A DNA stretch of 64,000 nucleotides from Gemmatimonadota bacterium (GTDB lineage: Bacteria > Gemmatimonadota > Gemmatimonadetes > Palauibacterales > Palauibacteraceae): contig JBDHHV010000002.1 in NCBI GenBank assembly GCA_039589195.1, positions 1,126 through 65,125 of the forward strand, written 5' to 3'. Of this stretch, positions 28,658-38,309 are shown in pieces (the first letter of the stretch is position 1; the number at the start of each line of letters is the position of its first letter). The notes beneath the pieces were generated by a model, which saw only the letters and a program-made list of their open reading frames with translations, was not told the DNA's origin and did not search any database. The translations under genes and the position numbers were made by a program.

Positions 28658-29581
28658 TCAGCCGACCATCACCTCGCGTCGCATGGAGAGGGCCTCCACG
28701 CACCCGGCGACCTGCTCCTCCCAGCGTGGGAGCCCGAGGCCGAACCTCTCCTTCAGCTTGCGACCGCTCAACAGACTGTTCCGTGGCCGGTGGGCGGCGG
28801 TCTCGTACTCGGCCGAGGTAATGGGCCGGATGCTCTCCAGACGTAGCTGGGGGTCTCCCACGCGACGCAAGCAGGCCGCGATCTCCTCGGCGAAGCCGTG
28901 CCACGTCGTCCGACCCGGGCCGGCCAGGTGGTACAGGCCTCCGTGCTCGATCAGCGTCTCGGCCAGCGGCGGGCTCTTCCCGGACGCGTGCCGCAGCAGC
29001 TCCGCGGTGGCGGCAGCGATCTCCCAGCACCATGTCGGACTCCCGGTCTGGTCGTTCACCACCGACACCTCCACGCGGCGCCTGAACAGATCGAGCATGG
29101 TCGTGAGGAAGTTGCGCGTCCGACCGCCGTACACCCAGGCCACACGCAGGATCAGGTGCGGAGCGCCGACGGATCGCACGCCCTCATCCCCCAGTAGCTT
29201 GGTGCGGCCGTACACGCTCAGCGGTCCGGGGGCGTCATCTTCCTCGTATGGCTCGTCCTTCTCTCCGTCGAACACGTAGTCGGTGGAATAGTGGACGAGC
29301 GGCACAACCAGCCGGGCGGCTTCCTCGGCGAGAATCCGGGGGGCGTGCGCGTTGACGGCGAGCGCTTCATCGGGCTCGGACTCGGCGCGGTCCACGTCGG
29401 TGAACGCGGCCGCGTTGACGATCAGGTCCGGACGGAGCGCGCGCACAGTGCCCACGATCTCATCCGGGTCTGCCAGGTCCAACTCCGCCCGGTCCGTGGC
29501 GTGGACCTGTCCGAGCGGTGCGAGGGCGCGAACCAGCTTTGACCCGACCTGCCCGTTCCGGCCCGTCAGAAGGATCTTCAT
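28658..29581 (-). CDS. rfbD: dTDP-4-dehydrorhamnose reductase
   Basis: MKILLTGRNGQVG Rossmann N-terminus. YxxxK (YGRTK). Family-typical length. Start overlaps the rfbC stop. Confidence 0.88.
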   Translation of the reverse strand: MKILLTGRNGQVGSKLVRALAPLGQVHATDRAELDLADPDEIVGTVRALRPDLIVNAAAFTDVDRAESEPDEALAVNAHAPRILAEEAARLVVPLVHYSTDYVFDGEKDEPYEEDDAPGPLSVYGRTKLLGDEGVRSVGAPHLILRVAWVYGGRTRNFLTTMLDLFRRRVEVSVVNDQTGSPTWCWEIAAATAELLRHASGKSPPLAETLIEHGGLYHLAGPGRTTWHGFAEEIAACLRRVGDPQLRLESIRPITSAEYETAAHRPRNSLLSGRKLKERFGLGLPRWEEQVAGCVEALSMRREVMVG

Positions 29582-30186
29582 CAGGTAGCGAAGGCCGGAT
29601 GGGTCTCCAGAGCCGACTCCACGACGCCTGTGAACTCAGGCAGCCGGCCGGCGGCCCGAAGCTGCTCGAGCGTCAGGCCGGCTTCGTCTTTGGGCGACAG
29701 CACGGGAGTGCGTAGCGGCCAGTCGATCGAGGCCGCGGGGTCGTTCCATAGCAGCGTGTGCTCGTGACTCGGCTCGTACAGTGCGGTGCATTGATACACG
29801 AGGTCCACTTCGTCGCTGAGCGCTATGAACCCGTGCGCGAAATCGGGCGGCACGTACAGCTGCCTTCCGTTCTCGGCGGACAGCCGAACGCCGATCCAGC
29901 GCGCGAACGTGGGCGAGCCGACCCGGATGTCGACCGCCACATCAAACACCTCTCCGCGCGTCAGCGACACCAGCTTCCCCTGCGGGCGAGGGTATTGAAA
30001 GTGGAGCCCTCGCAGTACGCCGAAGAGCGAGCGGGAGCAGTTCACCTGGACGAAGTCTTCGTCGATCCCGGCCGCGCGGTAGCGCGGCGCCTGGTAGCAC
30101 TCCACGAACGCGCCGCGGGTGTCGCGGTGGATTTCGCGGTCCACGAGTATCGGCCCGCTCGGCTCGTGAATGGGATAGAACTTCAT
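29581..30186 (-). CDS. rfbC: dTDP-4-dehydrorhamnose 3,5-epimerase
   Basis: RmlC cupin motifs: RGLHFQ, DVAVDIRVGSPTF, ...YVPPDFAHGF. Confidence 0.9.
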   Translation of the reverse strand: MKFYPIHEPSGPILVDREIHRDTRGAFVECYQAPRYRAAGIDEDFVQVNCSRSLFGVLRGLHFQYPRPQGKLVSLTRGEVFDVAVDIRVGSPTFARWIGVRLSAENGRQLYVPPDFAHGFIALSDEVDLVYQCTALYEPSHEHTLLWNDPAASIDWPLRTPVLSPKDEAGLTLEQLRAAGRLPEFTGVVESALETHPAFAT

Positions 30187-31142
30187 CAGTCGAGACCTTC
30201 CTCCAGGATCAGCCTCAGGTAGTGCCCGTAATCGGTGTGCTCGATCGGCTCGATCGTCTTCGCCAGCCCGACGGTGTCGATGAAGCCCATCCGGTACGCG
30301 ACCTCCTCCGGACAGGCGATCTTGAGCCCCTGGCGGTCTTCTACGGTGCGGATGAAGTTCGCGGCCTCCAGCATGGAACCCGGGGTCCCGGTATCGAGCC
30401 AGGCGTCGCCCCGCCCCAACTTCTCCAGCCGGATCGCACCGCGCTCGAGATAAGCGCGGTTCAAGTCCGTAATCTCGAGCTCGCCGCGCGCGGAAGGTCT
30501 CAGGCCGGAGGCTAGCTCCGAAGCCTGGCCGTCGTAGAAGTAGAGCCCCGTGACCGCGTAGTGTGAGCGCGGCTGTCGTGGCTTCTCCTCGAGACCTATG
30601 ACACGGTTCTCGGCGTCGAACTCCGCCACCCCGTACCGTTCCGGATCGTGGACCCGGTAGCCGAACAGGGTTGCCCCGTTCAGCTCGGCGGCGGCCCGGC
30701 GCAGACGCGAGGCGAGGCCGTGCCCGTAGAAGATGTTGTCCCCGAGGATCAGAGTGGATGGCTCGGCCCGCAGGAACTCATCTCCGATCACCAGGGCCTG
30801 GGCGATCCCCTCGGGCGCCGGCTGCACGGCGTAACGCAGGTCGAGCCCCCATTGCGCCCCGTCCCCGAGCAGGCGCTCGAACGCGGCCTCGTCCTCTCGC
30901 GTCGTGATGACGAGGATCTCCCGAATCCCGCACAGCATCAGCGTGCACAGCGGATAATAGACGAGCGGCTTGTCGTAGACGGGGAGCAGTTGCTTGCTGG
31001 CGGCCCGCGTCATCGGGTGGAGCCGGGTTCCGGAGCCGCCGGCGAGCAGGATCCCACGCCGGGTCGAGACGGGGATCGCCGCCGGACGCGCGCTTGCTCG
31101 CTCGCCTGCTCGCGCGGGAGACGAGTCCCGCTCGACCGCCAC
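30186..31142 (-). CDS. rfbA: Glucose-1-phosphate thymidylyltransferase. GTG start chosen after the rfbB stop; the track ORF start at 31295 would overlap rfbB.
   Basis: [36 protein letters not shown] matches the RmlA N-terminus. EEKP...GLYFYD motif. Confidence 0.8.
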   Translation of the reverse strand: MAVERDSSPARAGERASARPAAIPVSTRRGILLAGGSGTRLHPMTRAASKQLLPVYDKPLVYYPLCTLMLCGIREILVITTREDEAAFERLLGDGAQWGLDLRYAVQPAPEGIAQALVIGDEFLRAEPSTLILGDNIFYGHGLASRLRRAAAELNGATLFGYRVHDPERYGVAEFDAENRVIGLEEKPRQPRSHYAVTGLYFYDGQASELASGLRPSARGELEITDLNRAYLERGAIRLEKLGRGDAWLDTGTPGSMLEAANFIRTVEDRQGLKIACPEEVAYRMGFIDTVGLAKTIEPIEHTDYGHYLRLILEEGLD

Positions 31143-31165
31143 CGCGGCGGTCCCGGCTTCCCCGC

Positions 31166-32227
31166 TCACGCGCTCACCCCCAACCGCTCGCCGCCATACG
31201 TCGTCTCGCGGGTGCGGGCCCACCAGGTCTCGTGGTCCAGGTACCACTGGATCGTGCGTCCGAGACCCGTCTCGAAGCTCTCGAGGGGCTCCCAACCCAA
31301 CTCGCGGCGCGTCTTGCTCGCGTCGATCGCGTATCGTCGATCGTGCGCGCGTCGGTCGGCCACGAAGCTGATCTGACTCCGGAAGCTGCGGCCGTCACCG
31401 CGCGGGCGAATCGCGTCAAGGGTGTCACAGAGCTGGTTTACGACCTGGATGTTCTGCCGTTCGGCGCTCCCGCCTATCCCGTACGTCTCGCCGACCCGGC
31501 CCCGCAGCAGGACCGCCATGAGCGCCCGCACGTGATCCTCCACATAGAGCCAATCCCGCACATTGCGCCCATCCCCGTACACGGGGAGCGTCCTCCGCTC
31601 GAGAGCGCGCAGGATCATGTTCGGGATGAGCTTCTCGGGGAATTGGAACGGGCCGTAGTTGTTGGAGCAGTTCGTGACGATGACGGGCAGGTCGTACACA
31701 CGTTGCCACACGCGCGCGAAGTGGTCCGCGGCGGCCTTGCTGGCCGCATACGGCGAGTTGGGGTCGTACGGCGACGACTCCGTGAAGAAGCCTCGCGGCC
31801 CGAGCGTACCGAACACCTCGTCCGTGGATACGTGGATGAAGCGGAACTCGGTCTGATCGATCTCATCCGGGTCTACGTAGTGGCGGCGCGCTTCCGTCAG
31901 GAGGGTGCATGTCCCCACCACGTTCGTGTGCAGGAAGAGCATCGGCCCGTCGATCGACCGATCCACGTGCGACTCCGCGGCGAGGTGGAAGACGGCGCGC
32001 GGTCGATACTGCTCGAACAGCCGTCGAACCTCCGCGCCCTCGCAGATGTCCACCTGCTCGAAGCGATAGCGGTCGGACTGTTCCACCGAAGTGAGCGATT
32101 CAAGGTCACCGGCGTACGTCAGACAATCCACGTTCACGACCGCGTGCTCGGTCTCTCGGATCAGATGTCGGATGAGCGCGGAGCCGATGAATCCAGCCCC
32201 TCCCGTGACCATTATCGGTCGATTCAA
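31166..32227 (-). CDS. rfbB: dTDP-glucose 4,6-dehydratase. TTG start with a GGAGG Shine-Dalgarno; alternative ATG at 32212.
   Basis: [10 protein letters not shown] Rossmann. YAASKAAAD (YxxxK). RmlB-typical C-terminus. Confidence 0.88.
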   Translation of the reverse strand: MNRPIMVTGGAGFIGSALIRHLIRETEHAVVNVDCLTYAGDLESLTSVEQSDRYRFEQVDICEGAEVRRLFEQYRPRAVFHLAAESHVDRSIDGPMLFLHTNVVGTCTLLTEARRHYVDPDEIDQTEFRFIHVSTDEVFGTLGPRGFFTESSPYDPNSPYAASKAAADHFARVWQRVYDLPVIVTNCSNNYGPFQFPEKLIPNMILRALERRTLPVYGDGRNVRDWLYVEDHVRALMAVLLRGRVGETYGIGGSAERQNIQVVNQLCDTLDAIRPRGDGRSFRSQISFVADRRAHDRRYAIDASKTRRELGWEPLESFETGLGRTIQWYLDHETWWARTRETTYGGERLGVSA

Positions 32228-32308
32228 CGACGCCTCCGTTGTCGTCCCGTCATTCGTGTGCCTCCCGGCGGCCTGCGCGTGCTCCCGCCGCCCGTGCCTG
32301 TTCCGCGC

Positions 32309-35300
32309 CTAGTCCAGCGAGAGCCAGTAGCTCAGCTTCGCCACCAGGATGTTCTCTCCCACGTCCCCGACGGCCCGGAACAGAGACCCGGGGCTCACGA
32401 GGTCTCCCTGCTCATCCCAGTACCAGCGGTTCTGCTGCCAGATCAGGAAGAGCGTGCTCCCCCGCCGCCACTCCCAGCGAACCACGGCGTTGGTTCTGAA
32501 GGAGCGCACGTTGAAATCCGAGTTCCACAGCGTGAACGTCTCGTCCCCGTCGGTGACGATCAGCGATCCGTCCTCGGTGGGTCCCACCGTCGTCCCGTCC
32601 GTGCCGTATAGGCGGAGCTCGCGGCCGCCTGCCTCGGCCAGCTCTCCGAAGTCCAGGAAGCTGCCCGACGAGGCGAACGGCTCCGCATGGAGCTCCACGG
32701 TGAGGTCCGGAGCCAGCCCCAGGCTGGCGCTCAGCTGAGCGTAGATCTCACTGCGATCGAGTCGGGAGAAGACGTAGCGGCGCCCGAACGTGGCGTCGCT
32801 ACTCCCGAGCATCTCGCCGAAGAACTGACGAGAGTCGCTCGCCCGCAGGTACCCGGGGCTGAGCGCGAGCTCGAGATTCGAGCTCGGACGAACCGCCACC
32901 CATCCATCCACGGAGAAGCTCCATCCTCCGAACTCATCGAAGAAGCTCCGGGCCGATAGCGACCACTGGTTCACCGCCGCCGCGCTACTCGACAGTCCGA
33001 CCGTTGCGTCTACGGCCGAAGCGGTGCCCATGAGGGGGCCGCCGCGCGTGAGGTCGTCGCTCAGAGCCCGGGTCTGGAACCCGACCCGCAGCCACGTGCG
33101 CCAGAAGTTGTCCCACGTGCCGCTCGCGAAGAGCGAGGGGGACGTGAACTGGCGCACCCCTTCGAAGTTCCACCCGGCGCCCAGGGCGAGCCCGAGGGTG
33201 TAGTGCCGGAAGGGTCCGCTGCGTCCGGCCTCCCGATATCGGAGACCGCCGGTGAGCTCCAGATCGTCGGCGGAGTCGAGGATCCCGGAGTCCTTGATCT
33301 CGAAGCCCGGTGACTCCGCGTTGAACCCGACGTCCCATAGCCAGTGCTCGCCGCCGAGCTTGGCCAGACGGAGCCCGCCCGTGTAGCCCGAAAGCGAGGT
33401 CCGAGTCGGGTCGACCTGCACGTGCGTCGCATCGGGGCGCTGGAAGTAGCGAGCGCTCGAGCGCTGTATGAGCCGGATGGCGGACGTGTCACCCTGCACG
33501 GTGGAGAAACCGGCATGCCCACTCAGCTCGTACGTTCCTTCGCTGAAGCGCAGGTTCCAATCCCCACCACCGGAGTACGCCCGGCGACTCATGCGCCGCT
33601 CGAGGCCGGTGTCCGACCCCAGATCTCGCTCCACACCTGTCAGAACGAAGCCGGCGGACGATCCGTGCGCGCCGAACTCCTTTTGGATCCGTGTGACCCC
33701 GAAGGCGGTCGTGGGAGCGAGCGCCACCGGAACGACCTCGCCCGTCAGGTCGTCGACCGTGAGCACATCCTCCGGCGTCGTCACGGCGACCAGCCCCCCG
33801 ACCGACAGCCCCGAGGGAAGTCTCCCGGTCAGCTTGGCCGCCCCGGCGATGGTACCGTTCTTCGGGGCGTCCACCACGTTCCCCAGGCCGTTCGGCTGCG
33901 GCACCGCCCCGATGCGCCGGGAATAGAAGTAGTCGGGACCGCTTCCCCTCAGCAGTTGACTGCCCTCGGTGAAGAACGGCCGCCGCTCCTCGAACCTTGT
34001 CTCGAACGCGGTCAGGTTTACTTCGGCGGGGTCGGCTTCGACCTGTCCGAAGTCGGGGTTGATGGTCGCGTCCAGCGTCAGGTTCGAGCTCAATCCTGCC
34101 TTGAGGTCGACTCCGAAGCGGGTGTCGGTGTCTCGCCCTTCGCCCGGGGCGGCGATCTCGTCGTCCAGGAAAGTGGCCGTCGCGACGCCGTATGGTGTCA
34201 CCTCGAACCGGCGTGAGGCCTGTACGGTCGGAATCCCTACCAGCGTGCCGAACCGGGAAGCCCACCCCGTCTCGTGGATCGGCACCACCACCCAGTAGGC
34301 GTTCAGATACCCGCCCGGATCCCACCTGCGAACGTTGACCCCCCAGGTGGACGCATCGCCCTCGTTGAAGCGGAGCTGCGAGAACGGGATACGCATCTCG
34401 GCGGTCCACCCGCTCGAGTCGGGGGCCGTGTAGGCCTCCCAGACGGGGTCGTACGACCCTTCCGTGCGCCCCTCACGGTCTTCCGGATGGTGGTGGTCGA
34501 CGCGGACTCCACCAGCGGTGACGCCGAACGTGTATGCCGTGCGGCGATCCAGGTAGGTGTCCAGGGACACGAGGATCCGGTCGGCGATTCCGGGCTCATC
34601 CCGGCGGCCCACAGGCGCATAAAGGGTCTCAGGGGACTTCTTTTCCATCCGGGCCGCCACGTACAGCGCGTCCTCCCCGAAGGCGAATGCCACCCCGGTC
34701 CGCTCGCGTGGCGGGTAGCCACGATCGGGTCCCTTCTGCTCGAAATCCTGCACGAAGACGGCGCGGCGCCAGACCATATCGTCCAGGCGCCCGTCCACCT
34801 CGATGTCGCCGGCGCGTACCCGCGCGGCGCGCACCTGCTTGCGACCCTCCCCGTCGAGCGGGGAAGCCGCTGGTGGCCCGTCTCCGGGCAGTGGGCAATC
34901 GAGCCACTGAGGCGTCTGCTGAAGTGGAACGTCCGTGCCGGCGACACGGACCTCGACGAGACGGCGTTCCCCGGGCTCGCCGCCATCGGGGAAGCTGTAC
35001 ATGAAGCTGTGGGCGCCATTGCCCTTGCCGGCATCCTCCAGCCCTTCCCGGTAGTTCCCCGCGGTGACCGTCGCCACGAGCCGTCCCGAGTCGTAGATGT
35101 CCACGTCGATCGCGTCGTTCGGACGCGAGGAATCCCAGACCCACCCGTAGGTCATCTTGCAGTTGCCCCCATCGTGGAAGCCTTGAAGGACGGGGGCCGT
35201 CGCCGGGGTGACGATGGGGGCCGTCGCTGGGGTCACGGCGGTAGCCGCCGCCGGCGCTCGCTCGGAGTCGGCCTCCGGCGCCTGGGCGACCTCGGTCTCC

Positions 35301-35809
35301 GCTACCCGCGCGCGGACCGGCTCCCGGGACGGCTGTTGGACCGGCTCGTGGGCCGGCTCCTGGGACGGCTCCTGGGCTCGTCGAGCCTGTTCCGCGGCCT
35401 GTTCTCGTGCAACCACCAGATCGGCGAGCGGCACTTCGTCCCCCGGCGTCCGGCCCTGGCCGTGCAGGGCGATCCAGGCGTCGGTGTAGCCCGCGGCCCG
35501 CATCTGGGTCGCCGCGCGACGGGCGGGACCGATCGATACGAAGTCGCCCACCTGTACCCGGTAGTAGCCAGCACCGTGCATCACGTGGATTGACCAGCGG
35601 TCGCCGACGGCATCGCTGACGGCCTCGAGCTCGAGCGCGGCGGCCGATGCGTCCGCGTGCGCGGCGACCTGGACCCGGTACCTGCGGTCGCCGTTCGCCT
35701 GCCCCGCGGCCGCGCTCGACAGAACCACGAGACCACCGAGCGAGCCAAGCAGAGCCCACACGATTCGCCTCCAGGGCTGGAGCCGGTGTCCTTCACGTGA
35801 TCGACACAT
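32309..35809 (-). CDS. Large secreted protein: N-terminal SPOR domain plus CBM9-like/DUF5916 family domain. Start reassigned to the ATG with GAGGAAAAGG Shine-Dalgarno.
   Basis: Signal peptide WRRIVWALLGSLGGLVVLSSAAAG. SPOR-like RYRVQVAAHADASAAALELEAV...YYRVQVGDFVSIGPARRAATQMRAAGYTDAWI. Pro/Ala/Glu linker. ~850-aa C-terminal region with beta-rich DUF5916-like features and aromatic C-terminus ...LSYWLSLD. Confidence 0.5.
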   Translation of the reverse strand: MCRSREGHRLQPWRRIVWALLGSLGGLVVLSSAAAGQANGDRRYRVQVAAHADASAAALELEAVSDAVGDRWSIHVMHGAGYYRVQVGDFVSIGPARRAATQMRAAGYTDAWIALHGQGRTPGDEVPLADLVVAREQAAEQARRAQEPSQEPAHEPVQQPSREPVRARVAETEVAQAPEADSERAPAAATAVTPATAPIVTPATAPVLQGFHDGGNCKMTYGWVWDSSRPNDAIDVDIYDSGRLVATVTAGNYREGLEDAGKGNGAHSFMYSFPDGGEPGERRLVEVRVAGTDVPLQQTPQWLDCPLPGDGPPAASPLDGEGRKQVRAARVRAGDIEVDGRLDDMVWRRAVFVQDFEQKGPDRGYPPRERTGVAFAFGEDALYVAARMEKKSPETLYAPVGRRDEPGIADRILVSLDTYLDRRTAYTFGVTAGGVRVDHHHPEDREGRTEGSYDPVWEAYTAPDSSGWTAEMRIPFSQLRFNEGDASTWGVNVRRWDPGGYLNAYWVVVPIHETGWASRFGTLVGIPTVQASRRFEVTPYGVATATFLDDEIAAPGEGRDTDTRFGVDLKAGLSSNLTLDATINPDFGQVEADPAEVNLTAFETRFEERRPFFTEGSQLLRGSGPDYFYSRRIGAVPQPNGLGNVVDAPKNGTIAGAAKLTGRLPSGLSVGGLVAVTTPEDVLTVDDLTGEVVPVALAPTTAFGVTRIQKEFGAHGSSAGFVLTGVERDLGSDTGLERRMSRRAYSGGGDWNLRFSEGTYELSGHAGFSTVQGDTSAIRLIQRSSARYFQRPDATHVQVDPTRTSLSGYTGGLRLAKLGGEHWLWDVGFNAESPGFEIKDSGILDSADDLELTGGLRYREAGRSGPFRHYTLGLALGAGWNFEGVRQFTSPSLFASGTWDNFWRTWLRVGFQTRALSDDLTRGGPLMGTASAVDATVGLSSSAAAVNQWSLSARSFFDEFGGWSFSVDGWVAVRPSSNLELALSPGYLRASDSRQFFGEMLGSSDATFGRRYVFSRLDRSEIYAQLSASLGLAPDLTVELHAEPFASSGSFLDFGELAEAGGRELRLYGTDGTTVGPTEDGSLIVTDGDETFTLWNSDFNVRSFRTNAVVRWEWRRGSTLFLIWQQNRWYWDEQGDLVSPGSLFRAVGDVGENILVAKLSYWLSLD

Positions 35810-36515
35810 GTGCCTTTTCCTCGAGTTGGTGGAACGACACGAGCTCGATTCCGGAATCCGACAGCGTCTGTCGCACACCCGGGTCGCAGAGCACCGCGAG
35901 CTCGATCGCACGCTCGGTGGCGTAGGGCGCGCCGGCGTCCGCATCAGCACCGGGATGACACCCCACCTCCGTCACGCCGGGCTCGAGCCCGGTCAGAATC
36001 CGGAGCAGGCGATCGAGGGAGATTCCGTCCGGGAAGGGCTCGCCCTTCCCGGTCTGGCCGTAGAAGTCACCGCAGTATCGAACGGAGCCGAGCCCACGCA
36101 CCGGGACGCCGAGCTCTGCGGCAATCGCGAGCACGGCGGATCTCGCAGGCTCGCCGGAGTGCACGTGCTGGTGGGAGTCGATGTGTGTGGGTTCCAGGCC
36201 CGTCATGCTTCGAAAGGCTCTCAGCTGTCTCTCCAGCTCTTCACCGACTGCCGCCGGGTCCGCGGTCGGCACGACCTCGTAGAGTGCCGACCACCGGCCG
36301 TCGCGATGCACCCACTCTCCCAGATCCAGGTGCAGCCCGAGGCTCAAGTCCGGGAAGCTCCTGGCCGCGTGCACCGCCGCCTCGGCATGCGGGCGGCGGA
36401 CGAGCACGCTCGCGCTCGTCACGACTCCGCGCTCGTGCGCTTTGAGCACGCCCCGGTTGACACCCGGACTGAGCCCGAAATCGTCGGCGTTCACGATCAG
36501 TCGGCGTTCGGTCAC
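35793..36515 (-). CDS. YdjC/ChbG/HpnK family carbohydrate deacetylase. GTG start.
   Basis: IVNADDFGLSPGVNRGVLKAHERGVVTSASVL and HIDSHQHVH motifs of the YdjC family. Confidence 0.75.
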   Translation of the reverse strand: MTERRLIVNADDFGLSPGVNRGVLKAHERGVVTSASVLVRRPHAEAAVHAARSFPDLSLGLHLDLGEWVHRDGRWSALYEVVPTADPAAVGEELERQLRAFRSMTGLEPTHIDSHQHVHSGEPARSAVLAIAAELGVPVRGLGSVRYCGDFYGQTGKGEPFPDGISLDRLLRILTGLEPGVTEVGCHPGADADAGAPYATERAIELAVLCDPGVRQTLSDSGIELVSFHQLEEKAHVSIT

Positions 36516-36711
36516 GCGCGTTCTGGTGGCAGGGAGCGTTCCGGGGCTCGGCGCTCGGCGGAGGAACCGGTTTTCCGCTTAACCATGCGGGTCGAGCCGG
36601 TGCAGGCGACGGCTCGGAATCGAGGTCGCGAGCGAGGAAGGTGCAATCTTTTCAGCGGGGCGGAGTTTTCTTTCCAGCGGGGGGAGCTCCGTTTCTCGCG
36701 GTGTCGACCGT

Positions 36712-37260
36712 TCAACGCAGGGCTTCGACGAAGAGGCTCTCCGCCTCGCGGTTGTCCAACTCGGTGATCCCGGCATGCCCGCATCGCGTCTCGCGGAAAC
36801 CGCACCGCTGCACAAGAGAGAAACCCGCTTGCAGAAGCAACTCCTCGATGAAGTCGTATGTGAACAGCGTCCTCGAGTGGCCGTACCAGATGAGCTGGAG
36901 TACCATCTTGGCACCGATCGCCTTCGCGTCCTCGTCGGGGATGAGGAAATAGTCGGTGTCACCCGCCTCGTAGGCCTGCATGGCACGCTCGAGATCGGGA
37001 AGCGCGAGACGCAGGATCCCGCCGGGCTTCAGCACCCGGCGGAGCTCGGTGAGCACGGGCACGAGATCCGGGTAGGGGATCTCCTGCAGTGCGTGGATGG
37101 AGACCGCGTAATCGATGTTCGCGTCCGGTAGCGGCAATCCGTCCTTGACGTCGCACGCGTGCTGGATCCCGGGACCCTGCTTCGCGTCCGAGTTGATCCA
37201 GCCCGGCTCACCATGGGCACCGCACCCCCAGTTGAGTCGACGGACCGGCGAGCTCGTCAT
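36712..37260 (-). CDS. Class I SAM-dependent methyltransferase. Start reassigned to the ATG overlapping the upstream stop (ATGA).
   Basis: LNWGCG(A) motif I and LKPGGILRL post-I/II motifs. ~180 aa. Confidence 0.7.
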   Translation of the reverse strand: MTSSPVRRLNWGCGAHGEPGWINSDAKQGPGIQHACDVKDGLPLPDANIDYAVSIHALQEIPYPDLVPVLTELRRVLKPGGILRLALPDLERAMQAYEAGDTDYFLIPDEDAKAIGAKMVLQLIWYGHSRTLFTYDFIEELLLQAGFSLVQRCGFRETRCGHAGITELDNREAESLFVEALR

Positions 37261-38309
37261 CGAGGCCCCATGTCCAGCAGGACAGCGGCGTTCAGGGCGG
37301 TGGTCAACCAGTCCGTGCGGTGCTCGTGCGGAGGGGTCCAATCCGCGCCCCAACCCAGCCACTGGACCGCGACGATCAGCCGACAGGCCTGAAGACTCGA
37401 CTCGAAGGTGGCCCGGTCCGTTCGATACTCGGTCGGCAACGCCTCACGGTACGCAGCCGCGATTCGATCGCGCGCGGGCTCACTCCAATCTCCGGCGGTC
37501 AGGGCCGCCAGGTCGAAGAGCCCGGGGCCGAAGCCGGCGAGCTCCCAATCGACTGGCCGGACGACAGCCGACCCCCGCTTCTCTTCGAGCAAGACGTTCG
37601 AGGGATAGAAGTCACCATGTATGAGGGTCCGGGGGAGCTGGAGGACGAAGTCGACCGCCCGGAGGTAGGGTCCCGCGAGTCGCTCGAGGGCGCGCCGCGT
37701 CCCCTTTTCCGCGCGCGCGCTGGCGAATTGGCAAGCACGAGAGTACCAACCTCGCAGCAACCGCGGCGTATATTCCAGAAGCCGTGCGGCGCGGCAGGCC
37801 ACCTGAAAGCGCGTGATGGCCTGGCCTCTCGCGTGAAAGCCCGCGAGCCAGGCCGCGACTTCCTCCCAGCGCTCGATCGCCTCGAACTGGTATAGCTCAC
37901 GACCACGTATCCGCTCCAGGAGGAGCCATGAGCCGGGGGTCGCCCCGCGCGCACGCACGACCCCATAAAGGAATGGGACGTCCGGCTCCCGGTCCGCGAG
38001 CAGCGCGCGGTAGACCAGCACCTCTCTCATGCCATCGTACACATGAGTGGGCTTGCCATCGGATCGATCGGCGAGCGATCCGCCGACATCGATTCGTTTG
38101 AGCATCAGAGGCAGCGTGGATCCATCGGCTAGCTCGCCTTCCGCCTCGAGCAGGGTGTGGGTCGTGGCGTAGCGCGACCGTCGCCACCGAAGGCCGGCCA
38201 TTCGCGGGCGTCGTCGGTCCCGCCCCAGCGTCTCCGCGATCGCGAGGGCGAAATCCGTGTCGTCCGTGCCCGGGAGTCCGGGGCCGGGTGACGACGTGGC
38301 GGACGTCAA
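37257..38309 (-). CDS. Phosphotransferase (APH/choline-kinase-like protein kinase fold) family protein
   Basis: HGDFYPSNVLL (HGDxxxxN catalytic loop) and VDWELAGFG (D-W-E). ~350 aa. Confidence 0.65.
   Translation of the reverse strand: MTSATSSPGPGLPGTDDTDFALAIAETLGRDRRRPRMAGLRWRRSRYATTHTLLEAEGELADGSTLPLMLKRIDVGGSLADRSDGKPTHVYDGMREVLVYRALLADREPDVPFLYGVVRARGATPGSWLLLERIRGRELYQFEAIERWEEVAAWLAGFHARGQAITRFQVACRAARLLEYTPRLLRGWYSRACQFASARAEKGTRRALERLAGPYLRAVDFVLQLPRTLIHGDFYPSNVLLEEKRGSAVVRPVDWELAGFGPGLFDLAALTAGDWSEPARDRIAAAYREALPTEYRTDRATFESSLQACRLIVAVQWLGWGADWTPPHEHRTDWLTTALNAAVLLDMGPR

Noticed and set aside
36516-36711. Tandem direct repeat TTTCAGCGGGGCGGAG / TTTCCAGCGGGGGGAG, a possible terminator between the methyltransferase and the YdjC gene
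   Set aside because: The repeats are direct, not inverted, so no hairpin forms. The T-runs are short. Whether the 19-kb operon reads through into YdjC/DUF5916/rfb cannot be decided from sequence.
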